Assembly: GCA_964373815.1 (NCBI GenBank)
Contig: CAYJWI010000004.1
Span: 1 to 61,233, forward strand
DNA from: an uncultured archaeon
GTDB taxonomy: Archaea > Iainarchaeota > Iainarchaeia > Iainarchaeales > Iainarchaeaceae
Direction of reading: 5' to 3'
DNA length: 61,233 nucleotides
In this document: piece by piece, positions 16,758 through 24,686 of the stretch
Position numbering within the stretch: position 1 is the stretch's first letter
Layout of the letters: each line of letters begins with the position of its first letter
Notes under the pieces: model-generated
What the model was told of the DNA's origin: nothing
Databases searched by the model: none
The model's input: only the letters and a program-made list of their open reading frames with translations
Made by a program: the position numbers and the translations under genes

Positions 16758-17912
16758 ATGGCTTTGCAGGAATTTTCAGCGGGCTTAAAGCTCGCGGTTG
16801 CGGTTGCGCTCATAGCGGCCGCTATATTTTTCATCGGGATAAAAACACCTTTGGGTCAACAAAAAATCCTTCCGCAGGTCCTTTCGGATGCAAATTTCCA
16901 GATAGCCGCTGTCGGCGGCCCAGCTTTCCAAAAAACCGGGGTTGACAAATCTTCTTTCCAGAAAGCTCCGGAACTTTCCGGCATTGCGGGGTACATAAAC
17001 ACCGACCCCTCGATAAGCATTGAAAAGCTGAAAGGAAAGGTCATCCTCATAGATTTTTGGACTTACACATGCATAAACTGCATCCGCACATTCCCGCACC
17101 TAAAAGAGCTGCATGAAAAATACGCAGGCAAGGGGCTTGTGATAATCGGCGTCCATACCCCGGAATTCGATTTTGAAAAAGATTACAAGAACGTGAAGGC
17201 AGCGGTCGAGAAGTACGGGATAAAGTACCCGGTAGTGCAGGACAACGATTACGCCACATGGAACGCTTACAGCAACCGCTACTGGCCGCACGAGTTCCTC
17301 ATAGATTCTGAAGGCTATATCCGCTATGACCACATCGGGGAAGGCGGATATGAGGAAACGGAGCAGCAGATAGTCGCCCTGCTCAAGGAAAAAGACGCCT
17401 CTGTTAAAAAGGAAGAACTCCCGCAAGATTCGAATGCAACGAACACAGATTTTTCCAAGATTGGGACCCCTGAACTATATTTGGGCTATGCCTTTGCCAG
17501 GGCACCTTTGGGAAATTCCGAAGGCTTGAAACCCGAGGAGACAGTTTCATACTCGCTTCCGAATGAAATTTCCCCGAACCTTGTCTATCTGGAAGGTGAC
17601 TGGGAGAACAAGCCGGACTTTGTGCGCCTCGTCTCTGACAAAGGGAAAGTCGCGCTCGTTTTCCAGGCGAAGAACGTGAACATTGTTGCAGGCAGCCCGC
17701 AAGGCTCGAAGCTAAAAATCTTGATTGACAACAAGCCCATAACAAAAACGGATGCGGGTGCTGATGCAGTTGATTCAAACGAAGGTTTTATTGCCGATGT
17801 CAATGCCGAGAGGCTTTACAACCTCGTTTCGCTTCCGGATTACGGGCAGAAAATACTAACCTTCGAGGTTGAAGGGAAGGGGCTCGAGCTCTACACTTTC
17901 ACTTTCGGTTAA
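16758..17912 (+). CDS. membrane-anchored redoxin (TlpA/ResA-like Trx domain plus a C-terminal beta domain, DipZ C-terminal-like)
   Basis: ATG at 16758 is preceded by GGTGA. An N-terminal TM anchor is followed by VILIDFWTYTCINCIRTFPHL (CxxC), then GVHTPEFDFE and about 170 further residues. Confidence 0.75.
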   Translation: MALQEFSAGLKLAVAVALIAAAIFFIGIKTPLGQQKILPQVLSDANFQIAAVGGPAFQKTGVDKSSFQKAPELSGIAGYINTDPSISIEKLKGKVILIDFWTYTCINCIRTFPHLKELHEKYAGKGLVIIGVHTPEFDFEKDYKNVKAAVEKYGIKYPVVQDNDYATWNAYSNRYWPHEFLIDSEGYIRYDHIGEGGYEETEQQIVALLKEKDASVKKEELPQDSNATNTDFSKIGTPELYLGYAFARAPLGNSEGLKPEETVSYSLPNEISPNLVYLEGDWENKPDFVRLVSDKGKVALVFQAKNVNIVAGSPQGSKLKILIDNKPITKTDAGADAVDSNEGFIADVNAERLYNLVSLPDYGQKILTFEVEGKGLELYTFTFG

Positions 17913-17953
17913 AACTTTTTGCATTGAAGCAAGGCCTAATTCCTGAAGGCAAT

Positions 17954-19399
17954 CTAATACACGCCTTTCGAAATCCTCTTCAAGTTCAGCTCCGAGAGCG
18001 CAATTTCAGGGGTTACGACTACTTCCTCCTGCCCCCAAGCAAGGATTGCTTTTTGCTTCGAGCCGATTGCAACGATGTTCTTCATGAAATTATCGAAACT
18101 GTCAAGGACGCGCATCGTGTTGGGCGTCAGCGCGTAGACTATTTCCCCGTTCTTTATCACAAACGAGTCCCCGCGGATTGTCGAAGTGTAATCCGGGCTA
18201 GAGTAGCCGTTCACAGGGTATGTGTACCAGAGCCTTCCGACATAAATGCCGTTCTTCACTTCCTTGATTAGCTCCTCGCTTGAATGGCTTCCTTTGCCGA
18301 CCACGAAGTTGGTTCCATGGATGCTGACATCACCAGAGTAGCTCCTCTCGGTGCCGCTCCTAAATCCGTTGAGCGGCCTGAACCTTGCCCATTCCTTCTT
18401 CTTTTTCGTGTAATAATCGTTCGAGATGTAATTGTGCAGCACGCCGTCCTTTATTATCTGCGTAGGCTTGGTCGCCAACCCTTCGTCGGTGTAGGCTTTG
18501 GAGCCGATGAATTCCTTGAGTGTTCCGTTGTCGCTCACGTTGAAGCTTTCGGCGCCAACCTTCTGCCCAATCCTGTCAATGAAAGGCGTTGCGCGGTAAT
18601 CTACTGATGAGAGCGCGACATCGAACCTGCTGTAAAAGAGTTCCGCGACAACGCTCTCGCTTAGCACTACCCTGTACTTGCCGCTCTCAAGGCCCTGCGG
18701 CTTTTGCATCGCAAGCGCCTTCTCCGAGGACTCCTTTCCCGCGGACGCTGCATCGAGTTTTGAGAGCAAAGGCGAGGATTCGAATGAAGTGCCGGTAGCG
18801 TTGTCCTCTGCCTCAAGGCTCGTGGTGAGGCTTGCAAAAGAGGATGTGTTCTCCTCGCAGGCAAAAACCCCGTTCGAGTTCGTGACGCAGAAAGCGCAGG
18901 CAAGAAGGTCAAGCTCGCCCGTGATGTTTATCCCGTGCTTGTATGAGCCCTTCTTTAGCGATTCAAATGCGGAGTCGAGCATTTCATAGGCCTTGGCAAC
19001 ACCTTTCTTTTCATCGGTCTTCATTATGTTCCTGTCCGGGCTTTGCGCCGAGGCGCCCTTTCCCGCGGGCTGCGCAAGCGAGTGGAAATCGGTGTCGTGA
19101 ACCCTGTCCCTTGACGCCTTTTCAAATGCCTCGCGAAAGCCGTTCTTTGAAAGGTTTGAGTCGCACGAGCCCATCCCATATTTTCCATCCTTGAATAGGA
19201 TGCGAAGGCTAAGGCCGAAGCCCTCATCGCTCTTGGGCTCTTCGAGAGCGTTGCTCGGGATTTTCGAGTGGTAGGCAATCCTGTAAACATTGAGCCTGTT
19301 CGAGGAGACGTAGGCTTCGGCCTGCTTCACCTCGCCTTGCTTTTCTGCAAAAGCGAGCAAATCCTTTGCGGTTGCCTTGATGCTTTTGAGTTCGATCAT
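17954..19399 (-). CDS. pmbA: TldE/PmbA-family metallopeptidase subunit
   Basis: 481 aa. The overall PmbA_TldD architecture is present, with a C-terminal GIYVGRLWYT...IKNGEIV region and no HExxxH motif. Confidence 0.85.
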   Translation of the reverse strand: MIELKSIKATAKDLLAFAEKQGEVKQAEAYVSSNRLNVYRIAYHSKIPSNALEEPKSDEGFGLSLRILFKDGKYGMGSCDSNLSKNGFREAFEKASRDRVHDTDFHSLAQPAGKGASAQSPDRNIMKTDEKKGVAKAYEMLDSAFESLKKGSYKHGINITGELDLLACAFCVTNSNGVFACEENTSSFASLTTSLEAEDNATGTSFESSPLLSKLDAASAGKESSEKALAMQKPQGLESGKYRVVLSESVVAELFYSRFDVALSSVDYRATPFIDRIGQKVGAESFNVSDNGTLKEFIGSKAYTDEGLATKPTQIIKDGVLHNYISNDYYTKKKKEWARFRPLNGFRSGTERSYSGDVSIHGTNFVVGKGSHSSEELIKEVKNGIYVGRLWYTYPVNGYSSPDYTSTIRGDSFVIKNGEIVYALTPNTMRVLDSFDNFMKNIVAIGSKQKAILAWGQEEVVVTPEIALSELNLKRISKGVY

Positions 19400-19471
19400 G
19401 GGTTTTCCACCGCCGTTTGTTTGTGTAAAATGCCTTTGCAGCTGCCTTTCACGCTTTTAGATTTGGCCATA

Positions 19472-21016
19472 CTACCTGGCCCCCGTGATGTTCGCCTTTC
19501 CCCTCAAATGGGGGCCGCCGTTGCCGAGCTTCATTGTCTGCATAGGGGTGCCTTTCCCGCAGTTCGGCACGTTGAAGCGCTTCACGTCATCTGCCGCCTC
19601 GAGCGTCATGAAGAAATCGTAGGAATTGTTCTCAATCCCCGCGCTCCTGTAGAGCTCGCCGATTTCCCCGTTCTCGATTTTAAAGCACTTCCAGCAGGTG
19701 ATGTTGAAGTTCTGCCTGCTCTCGCCGATTGATGGGGTCTTCTCGCCCACAATGTAATAGCCGTCGCGGGTTTCCCTTATGAGCTCCTCAGCTTTCCACT
19801 TCCCCGCCTCGAAGTAAGTGTTGCTCATCCTTATCAGCGGCATCGAGGATGCAGAGGAGGCACGCATGTGGCCATTGGGAATTTTTCCCAGTATCGCGGA
19901 AGTTTCGCGCGAGTTCATGAATTCCTTGAGCACGCCGTTTTCAATATTGAGGGTCCTTTTCCCTTTCACTCCCTCGTCATCAAACATATAATTACCATAG
20001 CCCTCTATTTCCGGGTCTGAGACTACATTCATCTCCTCCGAGCCAATCCTTTTCCCTATCCTGTTCTCATCGAGGTTGTTAAACCACCAAGCCCTGCCCG
20101 CCCATGCGGTTTCCCTCTTGAGCGCCCTGTCGGCCTCCAGCGGGTGGCCGCAAATCTCGTGGCTTAGAAGTGTGTTGAACCACGGGTCTGTTACAATGGT
20201 CGCGTTTTTGGTGAATTCCATTGCCCGCGCGTTCGAAAGCTCAATAGTCCCTTCCGCCAAGAATTTCGCGAACTCCTCTATGCTCTTGGCGTGCGAATTG
20301 TCGCCTTCGAGCGCCTCTAGGCCTTTCGCCTCTGCAATCCATTCGTGGTATGTCTCGTTCGCCTTCCCCTTAGCCGCGATGTAAACCGAAGGCTCGGTGA
20401 TTGCGCGCGTCTGCTCTATGAGAGAGCCTTCGCTGCTCGCGAAAACCTTTTTTTCGAGGCCTGAGACAATCGCGATGCTGTTTGCGGAAATCCCCTGCAT
20501 TGCCGAAATTTCCTTTGAGAGCTTTTCCGAGCGCGAAATGAATCCCTCAAGGCTCGCGTCGAGCGGGTTTTTTTTGAATTTCTTTTCCCAGGTTTTTTTC
20601 ACGGCAGGCACTTTCGAGAACCTTGTTGAGTAAATGCCTTTTCCTTCCTGCGGGAACCTCTTCATCTCTTTTTCTTTTGCCGATGAGTTGAACTTCGCCC
20701 TCCTATATGCAAGCCCTAGAAGTTCGGAAGCAATTTTTTTTATGTTATTAAAATCATCCTTTCCGAGGCTCTTTCCAGCAAAGCCGCCAGCGACCACCTT
20801 GCCGGTGAAAACCCTAACGCCTATGTCTGCGCCGTAATCCTTTGTAGCGCCTTTTACATTGCCGTTGAGCGCCGAGGCTGCGAGGAAATTCGACACCTCC
20901 AGCCGCGCATCAGCTAGGGCCACTTTTTTTTCAGCCGAGAATTTGCGAATGGCGAGGAGCAGCCCTTCTTTTGCCCTCGAGGCCTCATCTATCGGCAGTG
21001 CAAAGTCATCAGGCAT
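19472..21016 (-). CDS. tldD: TldD-family metallopeptidase
   Basis: Contains the TldD active-site motif HEICGHPLEADR and a C-terminal GYYIVGE...IENGEIGE region. Start is ATG at 21016 (outermost TTG at 21022). Confidence 0.9.
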   Translation of the reverse strand: MPDDFALPIDEASRAKEGLLLAIRKFSAEKKVALADARLEVSNFLAASALNGNVKGATKDYGADIGVRVFTGKVVAGGFAGKSLGKDDFNNIKKIASELLGLAYRRAKFNSSAKEKEMKRFPQEGKGIYSTRFSKVPAVKKTWEKKFKKNPLDASLEGFISRSEKLSKEISAMQGISANSIAIVSGLEKKVFASSEGSLIEQTRAITEPSVYIAAKGKANETYHEWIAEAKGLEALEGDNSHAKSIEEFAKFLAEGTIELSNARAMEFTKNATIVTDPWFNTLLSHEICGHPLEADRALKRETAWAGRAWWFNNLDENRIGKRIGSEEMNVVSDPEIEGYGNYMFDDEGVKGKRTLNIENGVLKEFMNSRETSAILGKIPNGHMRASSASSMPLIRMSNTYFEAGKWKAEELIRETRDGYYIVGEKTPSIGESRQNFNITCWKCFKIENGEIGELYRSAGIENNSYDFFMTLEAADDVKRFNVPNCGKGTPMQTMKLGNGGPHLRGKANITGAR

Positions 21017-21078
21017 CCTCAAAACCGATATAGGGGAAAGACGAAAAGCAAGTTAAATGTTCTTCTTTGCCGCGTATC

Positions 21079-21184
21079 CATTTCTTTTCGGGTGCTGGAA
21101 GCCCTGTAAGTGCAGATTCCGCTAATGCATGGCAATCTGGTGCCTGCTGGCTCATTTCTTTTTGAGTATCGGAAGCCCTGTAAG
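21079..21184 (-). repeat. partial duplication of the 3' end of the 59-aa gene
   Basis: The 32-nt segments 21079-21110 and 21153-21184 share CATTTCTTTT, 8 variable nt, then GGAAGCCCTGTAAG. The downstream copy would encode ...ESALTGLPAPEKK, compared with ...ESPLTGLPILKKK* in the intact gene. Confidence 0.6.
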
Positions 21185-21331
21185 GGGGCTTTCCATTACG
21201 GTGTACCCCTCAGGCAAATCAGCGGGGCTCTTCGGCTCCTTGCTGAAGAAGTAAATGGCCTTGCCGTTTTTGCCTACCAAGGAATTCAGCACATACTTCT
21301 TTCCCTTGCTGTTCGTGTGCTCGTATGCCAT
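21152..21331 (-). CDS. small conserved-looking protein, 59 aa (not in the ORF track)
   Basis: Manual translation gives MAYEHTNSKGKKYVLNSLVGKNGKAIYFFSKEPKSPADLPEGYTVMESPLTGLPILKKK*. A TATA-like box lies about 25 nt upstream. The competing + strand ORF (21110-21427) looks non-coding. Confidence 0.55.
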   Translation of the reverse strand: MAYEHTNSKGKKYVLNSLVGKNGKAIYFFSKEPKSPADLPEGYTVMESPLTGLPILKKK

Positions 21332-21341
21332 GAAGTAAGAA

Positions 21342-21434
21342 AGGTTAAAGGAAATATAAAAGTGACTGTTCCATTAGGGCAAGCACTGGGGTTGTTGAGT
21401 GCCTTAGGCAGGTTAACGGAAATATAAGTGTGAC
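21342..21434 (-). promoter_or_regulatory. duplicated 25-nt promoter-like element (two copies, 22/25 identical)
   Basis: The two copies are AGGTTAAAGGAAATATAAAAGTGAC (21342-21366) and AGGTTAACGGAAATATAAGTGTGAC (21410-21434). On the minus strand each contains a TTATATTT TATA-like core. Copy 1 is centred about 25 nt from the ATG at 21331. Confidence 0.4.
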
Positions 21435-21445
21435 CGCTTTTCCGC

Positions 21446-21829
21446 TCATTTCTTCTTTTCCTTAAAGCTTAGAGCCACCGAGTTGATGCAGTACCGCTTT
21501 CCCGTAGGGTTCGGCCCGTCGTCGAAGACATGGCCGAGGTGCGAATCGCATTTGCTGCAGCGCACCTCAATCCTCTTCATGCCAAGCGTGCTGTCTTCAA
21601 TGAGCTTGACCATCCCCATGTTTATCACATCATAAAAGCTCGGCCAGCCAGTGCCGGATTCGAATTTCATGCCTGCATCGAACAATGGCTGGCCGCAGGC
21701 GACGCATTCGTAAACCCCATTTCCCTTGCTGTGCACGTACTTTCCGGTGAAAGGCATCTCGGTGCCGCCGAGCCTGCACACATGGTACTGCTCCGGGGTG
21801 AGCTTTTCTCGGAACTGCTCATCACCCAT
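21446..21829 (-). CDS. msrB: peptide-methionine (R)-S-oxide reductase
   Basis: CxxC zinc motifs (YECVACGQPLF, RCSKCDSHLGHVF) and the catalytic RYCINS are present. Start is ATG at 21829 (GTG at 21859 is possible). Confidence 0.9.
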   Translation of the reverse strand: MGDEQFREKLTPEQYHVCRLGGTEMPFTGKYVHSKGNGVYECVACGQPLFDAGMKFESGTGWPSFYDVINMGMVKLIEDSTLGMKRIEVRCSKCDSHLGHVFDDGPNPTGKRYCINSVALSFKEKKK

Positions 21830-21981
21830 TTTTCCATTTTCCTTCGCCAAAAAAACCACTCCTTCAATTGTTTTTTATTAAATATAATCATTTTCCCAGA
21901 TTTCCCGAATTTGTCCCACTTTACTTCCCCTTCGTACTTGCCCCTATTTTTAAATATCCCTTCCCCTATTTATGCTTCTTG

Positions 21982-23064
21982 ATGCTGCAGGAAAACCAGG
22001 TTCTTTCAAAGTTTGACTCAATTGTGAAGGGCTTTTCAGGCGAGGATCGCATTGCGCTCTGCCACGACCTCGATGCCGACGGGGTTTCGAGCGGCGCTCT
22101 CGCATACCTCGCCATAACGTACCTGCGGGGGAAAAAGCCCGATTTGCTGATAACCCAGCAGTTCAAGACAGTCGAGCTTTTGCCAAAAAGCCTCTCGCTC
22201 CTCAAAAAAGCGAAGATAACAAAACTCGTCACGGTTGATTCCGCGTTCGACCAGAAGCCTGAATCAATCGCCGCCGCGGAAAAAATCTGCGCAAAGGTGC
22301 TCATAATAGACCACCACAAGGACTACGGCCTGAAAACGGGCGGAAAAACTTTCGTGATAAAGCCGCAGTTCGTCTCCGAAATAGAGCCGAGCATGTACCC
22401 GTGCGCAAAATTCGTCTTCGACCTTTTCTCAAGGCACGTCAATCTCGCAAAGCATTCATGGATTGCCTGCGCTGGGCTCATGGGCGACAACCAGCTTGCG
22501 CAGTGGAAGGAATTTGTCGAGCAAGCCGCATTGGAGCACAACACCAGTGTGGATGATATTTGGAAGGTGACGAAAATAATTTCAGCGGTTGAGACGCTCG
22601 CGCCGGCAAAGCTCCAAAAGCTCCTGCTCCTCGTAGTTTCGGCAAAACACCCGAGGGATGTCTTTGAATCAGAGTTCTCGAAGCATGTTTCAAAGCTCGA
22701 TTCGCAGGCGGAAAAGCTCATGGCAAAATTCAAGAAAGAGAGGGTCGTGTTCGGCCCGCAAGAAATAGTCTGGTTCGAGTTCAAGTCAAAATCTGACATA
22801 AAATCCGTGCTGATAAACCGCGTGAGCAACGATTTCTTCCCCGACAAGACCGTAATTGTTGTGCAGGACAAGGGCGACAGGTTCCTCTATTTCTCCGCGC
22901 GCAGACAGGACTTTAAGGTTAAAACTAACGAGCTTTTGGAAAATGCCGTGAAAGGCTTCAAGAACGCCGGCGCGGGAGGCCATGTGCCCGCGAGCGCGGG
23001 AAGGGTAATGAAGAAGGATTTCAGGGAGTTCAAGAAGAGGGTTCTTGCCGCGCTCTCCGAGTAA
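21982..23064 (+). CDS. DHH/DHHA1-family phosphoesterase (NrnA/RecJ-like)
   Basis: ATG at 21982. The motifs are ALCHDLDADGVSS, VLIIDHHKD and the C-terminal GGHVPASAG (DHHA1). Confidence 0.8.
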   Translation: MLQENQVLSKFDSIVKGFSGEDRIALCHDLDADGVSSGALAYLAITYLRGKKPDLLITQQFKTVELLPKSLSLLKKAKITKLVTVDSAFDQKPESIAAAEKICAKVLIIDHHKDYGLKTGGKTFVIKPQFVSEIEPSMYPCAKFVFDLFSRHVNLAKHSWIACAGLMGDNQLAQWKEFVEQAALEHNTSVDDIWKVTKIISAVETLAPAKLQKLLLLVVSAKHPRDVFESEFSKHVSKLDSQAEKLMAKFKKERVVFGPQEIVWFEFKSKSDIKSVLINRVSNDFFPDKTVIVVQDKGDRFLYFSARRQDFKVKTNELLENAVKGFKNAGAGGHVPASAGRVMKKDFREFKKRVLAALSE

Positions 23065-23069
23065 AGGTT

Positions 23070-24686
23070 TCATTTTTTGCCGAGTTCGCCGAACTGGCCA
23101 CGTAGCTTCATCTCGCGCCTCTTGCGGTTGTAGCCGAGCGCGAACTTGTGCACGCTGTCGCGCACAGAGCGAATGAAGAGCATCATCCTGCCGTTTTTCT
23201 CGAACCTTTTGGGCTCACTTATGCCGGGGAGATAGATTTCCTCCTCCTGCTTTGCGAGGGCTATTATGGGTATCTGCAGCCCTAGCTCTTTTAGCGGCGT
23301 GAGTGCGGCGCCGAGCTGCCCCTGCCCTCCGTCGATTATTATGAGGTTTGGAAGTTCGCTTTTTTCTTCGAGAAGGCGCCTATACCTCCTGTGCACGACT
23401 TCTGCCATTGACGCGAAGTCATCGTTTTTACCCTCTACAGTGCGTATCCTGAACTTGCGGTAGCCTTTCTTGTCAGGCTTTGCATCCACAAAGCGCGTCA
23501 TTGCCCCGACATTGTGCTCGTAGCCGAGATTCGATATGTCAAAGCACTCTATTATGCGTGGCACACTCGGAAGGTTGAACGCTTCCTTGATTTCAGAGAG
23601 CACCCCATGCTCCCCCATGTTTATGGCCGCATTCTTTTCAGCAAGCCTCACAAGCCCGAGCTTGTCGCCTTTGTGCGGGATTACAAGGCTCACTTTTGCG
23701 CCGCGCAGGCCAGAGAAGTATTTTTCCATCGCCTGCAAATCGGTTTCGGATTCCCAGAACTTGGAGTTCACTATTATTTCACTCGGCACCTTGTTGGTCG
23801 AATAATAACGCACGAGGAATTCGCGGAAGAGGTCTTCGTGGTAGTCGAACATGAATTCCTTCTTGCCCGAAATCACCCCCCTCGAAATCGTGAAAATCTC
23901 TATTATGCATTTCCCCGCGTTCTGCACAAGCGCAACGACGTCCTGGTCAAAGCTTTTCACGAGCTCTACCTTCTGGCGCTCATCGAGGCTTTTTATAGAT
24001 TCTATCTGCCTCTTTTTCTCAAGCGCCTTCTCGAACTTGAGTTCGCCAGATGCTGCCTTCATTTCCTTCTCGAGCCCTGAGAGCGCCTCCGACCTCTCGC
24101 CTTTGAGGAACTGCGCAGCGCCGCGAACCTGCAGCGCATAACCCTCTTTCGAAACGTTCCCTATGCAGGGGGCGGTGCATATCCCTATGTGGTAGTTGAG
24201 GCAGGCTTTTTTCGGCAAGGTTGTGCAGGTGCGTACCTTGTAGAGCTGCACAGCGAGGTTTAGCAGCTGGATTCTGGCAAACCCGTCCACGTAAGGGCCG
24301 AAGTACTTCCCCCCCGGCACCACTTTCCTTGTCGAGAGTATGCGCGGGAAATCGTCATCGGTTAACTTGATATATGCGAATGTTTTCGAGTCCTTGAGGT
24401 CGATGTTATACTTTGGGGCGTGCTTTTTGATGAGGTTGTTTTCGAGCAGCAGCGCCTCTACCTCGCTGTCCACCACTACCCAGTCGATGCTTGAAATGCG
24501 CGAGACCATGAGCGCGATGCGCGGATAGTGGTTTTTGGAGAGGAAATAGCTCGAAACCCTCCTGCGAAGGCTCTTCGCCTTGCCGATGTAGATAATCGCG
24601 TTTTCCCTGTCCCTAAATATGTAAACCCCTGGCTCTGCGGGGATTTTTTTGTAATCGACTTTTCCCCCTTCGCCTACAATAATCAT
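23070..24686 (-). CDS. uvrC: excinuclease ABC subunit C
   Basis: 538 aa. The GIY-YIG motif is PGVYIFRDRENAIIYIGKAKSLRRR, with a UvrB-interacting region and an Endo V-like domain. It is shorter than typical bacterial UvrC at the C-terminus. Confidence 0.9.
   Translation of the reverse strand: MIIVGEGGKVDYKKIPAEPGVYIFRDRENAIIYIGKAKSLRRRVSSYFLSKNHYPRIALMVSRISSIDWVVVDSEVEALLLENNLIKKHAPKYNIDLKDSKTFAYIKLTDDDFPRILSTRKVVPGGKYFGPYVDGFARIQLLNLAVQLYKVRTCTTLPKKACLNYHIGICTAPCIGNVSKEGYALQVRGAAQFLKGERSEALSGLEKEMKAASGELKFEKALEKKRQIESIKSLDERQKVELVKSFDQDVVALVQNAGKCIIEIFTISRGVISGKKEFMFDYHEDLFREFLVRYYSTNKVPSEIIVNSKFWESETDLQAMEKYFSGLRGAKVSLVIPHKGDKLGLVRLAEKNAAINMGEHGVLSEIKEAFNLPSVPRIIECFDISNLGYEHNVGAMTRFVDAKPDKKGYRKFRIRTVEGKNDDFASMAEVVHRRYRRLLEEKSELPNLIIIDGGQGQLGAALTPLKELGLQIPIIALAKQEEEIYLPGISEPKRFEKNGRMMLFIRSVRDSVHKFALGYNRKRREMKLRGQFGELGKK

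Noticed and set aside
21110-21427. A 105-aa + strand ORF from the track in the msrB-tldD gap.
   Set aside because: The opposite strand encodes a compact 59-aa protein with a correctly placed TATA-like box and family-like sequence. The + strand product has no start context and unremarkable composition.
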